Shown: in pieces, positions 56,295-64,000 of the stretch
Numbering within the stretch: position 1 is the stretch's first letter
Layout: the number at the start of each line of letters is the position of its first letter
NCBI GenBank assembly: GCA_002269645.1
Contig: NIVC01002017.1
Location: 148,622-212,621, forward strand
Reading direction: 5' to 3'
Origin: Macrostomum lignano
Lineage: Eukaryota
Length of the DNA: 64,000 nt
The notes under the pieces: model-generated
What the model was told of the DNA's origin: nothing
Seen by the model: the letters and a program-made list of their open reading frames with translations, nothing else
Database searches by the model: none
Made by a program: the position numbers and the translations under genes

Positions 56295-58044
56295 ACAACT
56301 CAAGCTGGTAGAACTGGATGATTTAATTGATACAGCAGTTTCGATTTTTTTTCTCATGCCTGTTTCGTTTCTTTAGTGAACATTGAGATCTCATCTTTAG
56401 CTCGAGTCTGATGCAACCAACATGCTACGTCGTTAATAATTCAAGTAATCTTCCTTAAAGTGATACAAATCAACAAATTCGTGCCTCAAAAGTGCTCATT
56501 GGTATTTTATATTTCTATTTGTGTTTCCATTCAATTGAATTTTCGCGCCTGTGAAATATGAAAGTATTTTTGGCTCTATTTTTTTAATATTACGCTCGTA
56601 TATCTTTTTTTCCTGAATTCAACATTTAAGAGTATATTTTCTGCAGATACTACTAAAGATACTATTTTAAATATATTCACCTTTTTACACATGATTTGCA
56701 AAAATTCTTTACTAGCATACCGTTTCGACACATTGATAATGTACAACTTCAAGTGTAATGCAGGCAGGAATGACTTACAGTAAGTTTATCTTTTCTGCCT
56801 TCTCTTTAAGTAGTTATTGTTTGGAGCAGGAATGCAGCCAGTGCCTTCAATGCATACGTGAAGGCGCTCAACTTCTACTCCAGATTCGACGTTCCAAATA
56901 CAATATTGGCTGCGTGGCATCTTTATCGCCAAGAGAAAAACAGTTCGTTTCATTGTGTGTGATTCGTAATTTACATCGCTGAGACCACTTCAAGCCAAAG
57001 CCGAACCCGGATGCAGAATTCTCGGCTGATAGTACAAGCTGCAAAAACTCAAACTGCTTTCACGTTTGCTTTTATAGCAAACAAGTAGTAAGTATAGCAA
57101 TCTGCTTATTAACTAGTCATATTGTTAATCTCTTCAGGAGACGATGTTCAAAGCAAGAAGCATCCGCCCTGGAAGCCTAGCCTAAGATATTACTTAGATC
57201 CCTAGGAGTTTCGGATCAAAGCATCTGAGCGACCCCCGTGAGCATTTCAGCGACTCCCCATGAATTTCTTATGGCAGACAAGGCGATTCTTTTATTAATG
57301 AGCCCTTATCCTAACACAATTCCCCATTACGACCTTTGAGTCACAGCGCTTTAGAGAAATCGGTTGAGCCGTCTTTTTTTACTAAAATCAATCACATAAA
57401 TCGATTCAAAAGCTTAGTCGAAGCTGGAAAAAAGTAAAAAATGAAACTAGCAACTCTGGTCTTTTGGTAGAAGAGAAATCAAAGAAGAAAGAAATGAAGA
57501 GAATGGAGGCCGAGTTATTCTTGTTTAGAATAATTTTATGCATAAGTTCGTGAAGTGGGTGACTCTAACACGATTTTTTTTTATAATATATACTCGTAGC
57601 TTTGGTGATTACGTCGTAAAAAAAGGAGACAAAGAGGCAGGGGGCAGGGCAGCCCGGGTGCGCAAAAACCACTCAGAAGGTTGGGGTGGGGCGGCTCAAG
57701 CACCCATGCCCGCAGGACAAAGAGAGCACACAGCAAGACAGAGGAAGACAGCGTTCGATAAACCCGAAGTGGCTACATGCAAATCTTCACATAGTAGCAA
57801 CAATGACAATAACGCCCTAGCACAAAGCCTGCGGTTACATTGTCTCACAACCAGCGCTGAGGCGACTCTGACCATTCCGCTTGATTTTCATAAGCGCATA
57901 CTAATACTGTACGCAGCCTCGCATTCATACGCAAAGGGTGTACAGCGGCCCTGACTTTCTAATCATCAGGCATGTACACTCTCTGTGCCTTGTGGTATGA
58001 ATGTGGATGTGAATGTGGATGTGAATGTGAATGTGAATGTGGGT

Positions 58045-58768
58045 GTGGCACAGTGGGTGTGAGTCGCAAGATAACCCCTCGGTTAATACTCGTATGTTGT
58101 GCATGACTTGTGGCACAGTGGGTGTGAGTCGCAAGATAACCCCTCGGTTAATACTCGTATGTTGTGCATGACTTGTGGCACAGTGGGTGTGAGTCGCAAG
58201 ATAACCCCTCGGTTAATACTCGTATGTTGTGCATGATTTGTGGCACAGTGGGTGTGAGTCGCAAGATAACCCCTCGGTTAATACTCGTATGTTGTGCATG
58301 ACTTGTGGCACAGTGGGTGTGAGTCGCAAGATAACCCCTCGGTTAATACTCGTATGTTGTGCATGATTTGTGGCACAGTGGGTGTGAGTCGCAAGATAAC
58401 CCTCGGTTAATACTCGTATGTTGTGCATGATTTGTGGCACAGTGGGTGTGAGTCGCAAGATAACCCCTCGGTTAATACTCGTATGTTGTGCATGATTTGT
58501 GGCACAGTGGGTGTGAGTCGCAAGATAACTCCTCGGTTAATACTCGTATGTTGTGCATGATTTGTGGCACAGTGGGTGTGAGTCGCAAGATAACTCCTCG
58601 GTTAATACTCGTATGTTGTGCATGATTTGTGGCACAGTGGGTGTGAGTCGCAAGATAACTCCTCGGTTAATACTCGTATGTTGTGCATGACTTGTGGCAC
58701 AGTGGGTGAGTCGCAAGATAACTCCTCGGTTAATACTCGTATGTTGTGCATGACTTGTGGCACAGTGG
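58045..58768. repeat. 65-bp satellite, ~11 near-identical units, preceded by (GTGAAT)n
   Basis: GTGGCACAGTGGG at 58045, 58110, 58175 and onward to 58694 and 58757. Confidence 0.95.
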
Positions 58769-59614
58769 CCGCCCACTGAATAGAACCAGGGGTCGCAGCA
58801 ACTCTTGCATTCTATGTGGGTAAACTGCTTTTGTGATGCAAAGGTAAAAGCCAAATTGATGGTCTGTGAGTGCAGCAGAGGTCACGAGGGAGAGGGCTGC
58901 AGTGTCAGGCCAGGGCGGGTGACTTGGAAGAGAAAACCACCGAGTGCTACACTGGCACGGTTGTGTAATCGTGCATGAGTTCAATATTTACAGTATGAGT
59001 CATAGCTCCTACGAGCGTACATAGGCATACGAAATTAGAAACATACTAATCTACGGGGGGTTGCTGCCATTGAAAAATGATTTAAAACGATTGAAAATTT
59101 CTAATCAAAGTTTTCTTTTTAAGTTCCTGTACTGCGAGTGACGGAAGTAAGGACTGTTTGATTGACAGCACTGAAAAGAGGAGATGCTGCTCATAAAGAG
59201 ATGAATTGAATTAAATGCAGCTATTGACTGTCTTCGTTTGTCAATTAATACCTGTGCAGTTGTTGAGCTCTGCTTTAGGCTCAATCTCAGCTCTAACCTG
59301 AGAATGTTGAAGTATTTGATAATAAGACACAAAATGCAGGTCATTCAGGTTTTTGAAGCTTCTAATGACTGGGCGTTTCCTTACTTGAGTAACCTTTAAG
59401 AAGTAGCGCAATTGGAAACCAGCAAGAGATACGCAAAGATGTAGTCTCAAACTTCATCAGAGTTCTTTATGTCATTGTATCTAATGGCTTATTTTCTGTT
59501 CAATTCTACGAAGTAGCAAAAATATAATCGGACTTTTGTGTCTCACTGTCTCGTGCTAATCAGTGCTAATTCGTAACAAATAACCATGCAGTACTAACCA
59601 GTATCAAATTAGCC

Positions 59615-59870
59615 CAGTAGGGGTTGTAGCCTTGTGATTTGATCGTTGGACTCACGACTGAAAGGTCGGGGGTTCGATTCTCGACCCACTCTAAAATATT
59701 TGTGTCATAGAGCAACACACTTAACTCTGCATTGCTTCAGTTCACCCAGCTGTAAAATGGGTGCCAGCATTAGCTGGGGTAATTGAGGGTGTGTGGCGAC
59801 CCCCCCCCCCAGTCCTTGGACTGAACAGCCGTACGCAGCCTTCAGTTGTGTCGCACAGTAGCTGCGGCTG
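59615..59870 (+). mobile_element. tRNA-derived SINE with a conserved central domain
   Basis: tRNA-like head with B-box GGGTTCGATTCTC, followed by TGTGTCATAGAGCAACACACTTAAC...CACCCAGCTGTAAAATGGGTGCC, resembling the central cores of widespread metazoan SINE superfamilies. Confidence 0.7.
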
Positions 59871-60206
59871 AGCTGTCGGTTGAACATCTGGCCTCGCAAT
59901 AAGGCCAGGCTCGAACCTCTCGTGCCAACTGTTTCCACTTCGTTTCGGCTTTGTCAAAGGCTGAATTTGTCTTGATATGGTATGAGAACTCCAACAGCAG
60001 CAGTAGCAGCACTTAGCAAACAGTAATGACTAGTCTTAACGAGACGAAGACAGGGCGTTTTTTACGACTCAGTTTAAGTACTGTCAGTCAGTAGTCTCGT
60101 CATGAGCAATGTTATGTTAAAGACTAATTCTAAAGCACTCCAATCTCACTTGTCCAATAGGGGGAAACGGTTATTTTTGGCTCTCTTCATGACTCAGCAG
60201 AGGGCT

Positions 60207-60213
60207 ATAAAAG
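60207..60213 (+). promoter_or_regulatory. TATA box of ADAM copy 3
   Basis: GGGGCTATAAAAG ~80 nt upstream of the ATG at 60287; paralogous to 38307. Confidence 0.7.
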
Positions 60214-60286
60214 AGACTGTCCACTGCACTCGACCAGTTGAGAGATTGTAATACTGGAACAACTGAATTTTTTGATACATTTTCGC

Positions 60287-63200
60287 ATGGCTGGTAAAAG
60301 TAAGTTCTGCACGGTGCATTTTAATGTTCTTTTTGCGTTAGAAGCTTGCTAAATTTGATTGCACCATGACAACTTCAGGTGCACTCACTCTTCTATGTCT
60401 CACCTGCTTGGCCATTTCTGCTTCTGGTGCAGAGCGCAGGTACGCTTGGAAGTTTTCGGACATGACAAAGTACTGCGAGCCCTGGCTGTCAATGCGAGTC
60501 AAAATATGGAACAGCACAATTCTACATAATGTCACTGTCACATTGTCAACTAGGTAACAATGTTTTTTCTCATGCAGGGAGAGTAGGACCGGACTCTTTT
60601 AGCCCAGTTTCAGATAGATAAGGCAGATACAGGGACTACTCAAACACCGGGACGGGAAACTGGGAATTTTTTACGAGGCTGGTCTTTTATCAGCAGTAGA
60701 AAATAACCATAGACAACAAAGTAACACAGCATCTCTCTAATGCAAATAATTGCCAGCCAGCCTCGTAAAAAAATTTAGTTTCCCGTCCCGGTGTTTGAGT
60801 AGTCCCTGGGCAGATAATTCAGATATATTCAAGAGATCACAGTTCCGACCCTCAATGCTGGGTAACGCAGCTGTAGGCAGTTCGACTCGGAGCGGATGAC
60901 GTGGCCTGCTAGCTGGAGTTTAAGAGAATGGAATTTGATGTTAGCTAAAGTACTAATTGTGTCATGATGCCAATCACCTGTGGCTCTGTTTCAGCGCGAT
61001 GATCAACAGGCGCGTGCTGATTCGAACCAGGGAAGACAATTTCACAGCGGGCCACAAAGCGCCCTGCATGTATCACGGAACAGATGCCAAAACTGGAGAC
61101 TCGGCGTTTGCCAGCACGATTGACGGACACCTCAAGTAAGCTCTGTTCAAGACATTGTGCTGAGTTAATTGGTCTCTGACTAGTCAGTCAATCTTTGAAT
61201 CACCACACCAGGATGACATTCAAGCTGAACGGCAGCTGGTACCAAGTCGAGAAGACATCCGGCAACGCCTCTGACGGCACCGCAATAGCCAGGAAGTTCG
61301 AAGCCCGCGAAGGCGAGGCAGCCAACCGCTGTCACTACAAAGTTCCGCCGAGGAATTCAAGCGAGATGAACGCTCGAGGCGCCAGCTCCAGTCAGCTGCT
61401 GAGCGGCTTCGGCTCGGAAAAAAGCGGAATGAACGTTGAAAGCTTTCAGGGAGAAACCGTGGACAAGATGTTGGAACTGGTTATCGTTGTTGATAGCAGC
61501 TTCGTAAGTTTGGATTTAAAACAGAAAATGTTACAGAAACTGCAAATTGGACGTTAAAAAACTTCTCTATCGTATTCAGGTTAGCAAGGCTGGAAGCGAG
61601 GCGAGCGCGGTGGCTCGAGTTTTGCAGATCATCAACTTCGTGAACGGGATGAGTTGCCAATTGATACTGTTTACGTTACCACAGTTGAGAAACCATTCAC
61701 TAGATTCACCAGATAGCCAAATATTTTACTGCCAATTTCTTTTAATGCAGCTGTTCCAGCCTCTTCGGCTGAGGGTGGTTCTCACTGAAATTATTGTGTG
61801 GTCAACAGACGCCATTCTGGTCAGCTCGGACTCCGACGGCACCTTGAACCGGTTTACACGCTATAAAGCTATGGATATTGGCGTTCGACATGACACTGTT
61901 ATGCTACTAAGGTTAGAAATCATCGTCATTAGTAACTATACGTCTTGAAGAGGTTTTATAATGCTAAAAAACTCACCTCATCCAATCTGATGGAATCCTT
62001 CAGTGCCCAGGCTTTTGACGGTGGGAAACTCTCGGCCTAGCTTGGCTAATGGCTACCTGCAATAAGTTGTACTCGTGCGGATTGGTTTATGTGAGTACAG
62101 GCTCGTACCTGTTGCTTTCTTACTACCTGGTTGAGAGTTACAAACCAACACAGAAGACAAGTTTGCACGAACTTCTCCGGTGCAGGACAAGTACCCGGAG
62201 GAGATCTCCACCGCTCTGGTTCTGACCCACGAGATCGGGCACAACCTCGGCTTCGAGCACATGCAGGACTTCACTGCATGCCAGTGCAATCGGTCGTCAA
62301 CCGGCTGCATAATGAACTCTTATCTCGCGTCTGCGACTCGGTAAGTGTGGAAATTTAACAGTTTACGGAGATGTGAACTGCTATGAGCTGGTATCGATTT
62401 TACAATCGATTTCCCATGCTCCACCCCAGCATGGAAGCTCTGGGCTGGTCATCCTGCTCCTTGGACGCCTGGAGCTCGCAAGCCAGCGAGACCTGGCGGA
62501 CGTGCCTGTCGGACGCACCGGATGCATCCTACACCATCAGCAACAGCGCCGCAGTGTGCGGCAACGGCATTCTGGAAGCTGGCGAGCAGTGCGACTGCGG
62601 CCCCGCTCAGGTGAGGCCTCAGACACAGGCAGACACAGACAGACACAGGCAGACACAGGCAGACACAGGCAGACACACACACAGGCACAGACAGACACAG
62701 ACAGAAACACACAGGCACAGAAAAACTAAACAGCTATTCATCGATATCATTAGTAAAGCAGCAAGTTCTTAGAAATGTGTTTAAAATGGTGCTTCTCGCT
62801 AAGCCGATACCGCAACGTAAAAAAGGCCAGAGTTGATTTTTAAATGCCAACTCAGTTTAAGTTTTAGCCTGTCCGCATCTGGCCTCTGCATTGAGTAACG
62901 CAATGGCTTCGTTAGTCGTATAGACTTGAGCTGTAATGAGCTGTCCCGTTTTGAGCATTATCTACTGCTGCGGCTATTTTTGGAATTTCAGCTTGTGGTA
63001 ATGAATAAGTACGAGTATCTGGGGGTTAATGCTCTCAAAAAAGCGGACTACGATGGTATCGAAATGTTGAAGTATTTTTTTTCCTAGGTATAATCGGGTG
63101 AAGAAAATCTGCTGCGCAAAAGTACTTTATACGCCTTAATGACTCACCGCTCTTTTCAAGTTTCACCTCGAGTTGAAAAAATTTTCAACTCCTCTCCCTG

Positions 63201-63735
63201 CCTCACCTTCTATATATGGCAGAGAGAGCAGACCAGCGCAACTGTAGACCGTGAGTTAAATTAATTTTCAACCCCGACCTGCGCCCCGCCCCCACCTCGT
63301 CGTTGAAAACCTCGCATGCATAATTGTAAAAATTTTAACGAGAAGACACTCTTTCATTCTCAGCTCTGACTGTTTTCTTTTGTTCGGCATCAGAACAGAT
63401 CGAGTGGGTAGAGATTGAGAGACTGCAGAGTCATAGACCGAGAAGGCTACTCCCCACTTCGAGAGACAATAGTAGTACTATGCAGATATGACATTCAATG
63501 CTATTCAGACGTGCTCGTCGAAGTGCTGCGACGCGAAGACGTGCCAGCTCAAGGCCAATGCCACCTGTGCCTCGGGAGCCTGCTGCGACTGGGACACCTG
63601 CACGCTGAGGCCGAGGGGCCGCGTCTGCAGAGCCGCCGACGGACCGTGCGACGTGCCGGAGACCTGCAGCGGGTCTGGCGAGTGGTGCCGAGCGACGACA
63701 AAGTGGCCGACGGAGTGGACTGCGCTGCCGGTCAG
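60287..63735 (+). pseudogene. ADAM copy 3, exons 1-10 (continues beyond window), probably disabled: 60287..60299,60379..60553,60995..61135,61212..61503,61580..61648,61751..61911,62004..62090,62186..62340,62430..62610,63509..63735
   Basis: Close paralog of copy 2 with HEIGHNLGFEH. Exon 5 donor is AT rather than GT. Exon 7 is 87 nt versus 88, and exon 10 is 227 nt versus 228. Confidence 0.72.
60630..60808. mobile_element. hAT-type MITE (179 bp) in ADAM-3 intron 2
   Basis: ~50-bp TIRs CAGGGACTACTCAAACACCGGGACGGGAAACT / AGTTTCCCGTCCCGGTGTTTGAGTAGTCCCTG; 8-bp TSD GGCAGATA. Absent from the ADAM-2 intron. Confidence 0.93.
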
Positions 63736-63947
63736 GTGAGAGACGCTGCTGAAAACAGGTGTCTGGTGTTGTGTTTTTTTACATTGTAGCTTAAGCACCT
63801 TGATTTGATTTTGTGCCTGTCTGAGCTATGAGCTACATATTTAAAGTTCATACTCGCTTCTCGAGTAAGTTCATCTGTAGTTATGTCTTTCTGCCTGTCT
63901 GTTTCTGTCTGTCTGCCCCTGCCTGCCTGCCTGTCTGCTCTGTCTGC

Positions 63948-63978
<31 letters not shown>

Positions 63979-64000
63979 TCTGTCTGTCTGTCTGTCTGTC

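Noticed and set aside
58045-58768. CRISPR-like array
   Set aside because: Units are contiguous near-identical 65-mers with no unique spacers, there are no cas genes, and the context is eukaryotic. The same applies to the 29-bp and 33-bp arrays.
59615-59700. tRNA gene
   Set aside because: B-box present but no convincing acceptor stem or cloverleaf, and it continues into a SINE core.

Overview
Animal (eukaryotic) genomic DNA with spliced genes and dense transposon content. The style resembles a free-living flatworm such as Macrostomum, but that is unverified inference. Left to right: a 3-exon sigma-like GST (+); two MITEs; a 4-exon PP2C phosphatase (-) with intronic minisatellites; and a 4.0-kb interleaved double inverted repeat (A-B-A'-B') of unknown class carrying back-to-back CCAAT/TATA cassettes. 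Next is a ~2740-aa protein made almost entirely of ankyrin repeats arranged in higher-order modules (-). The rest is a tandem cluster of three ADAM metalloprotease genes (+). ADAM-1 (895 aa) is intact, has a furin site, and has a MULE/foldback element that duplicated a splice donor. ADAM-2 (1317 aa predicted) appears chimeric, with a 5' part like ADAM-3 and a 3' end like ADAM-1. It carries an extra 434-codon Thr-rich mucin exon and a 9.6-kb intron with nested elements: a Ty3/gypsy containing an intact-ORF Penelope-like element with hammerhead-like motifs, which itself contains a LINE 3' end. ADAM-3 runs off the window and shows three disabling lesions. A decayed piggyBac, a 65-bp satellite and a tRNA-derived SINE lie between the ADAM genes. 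All exon models were built by hand from GT/AG junctions and phase checks. Identity statements are by-eye estimates.
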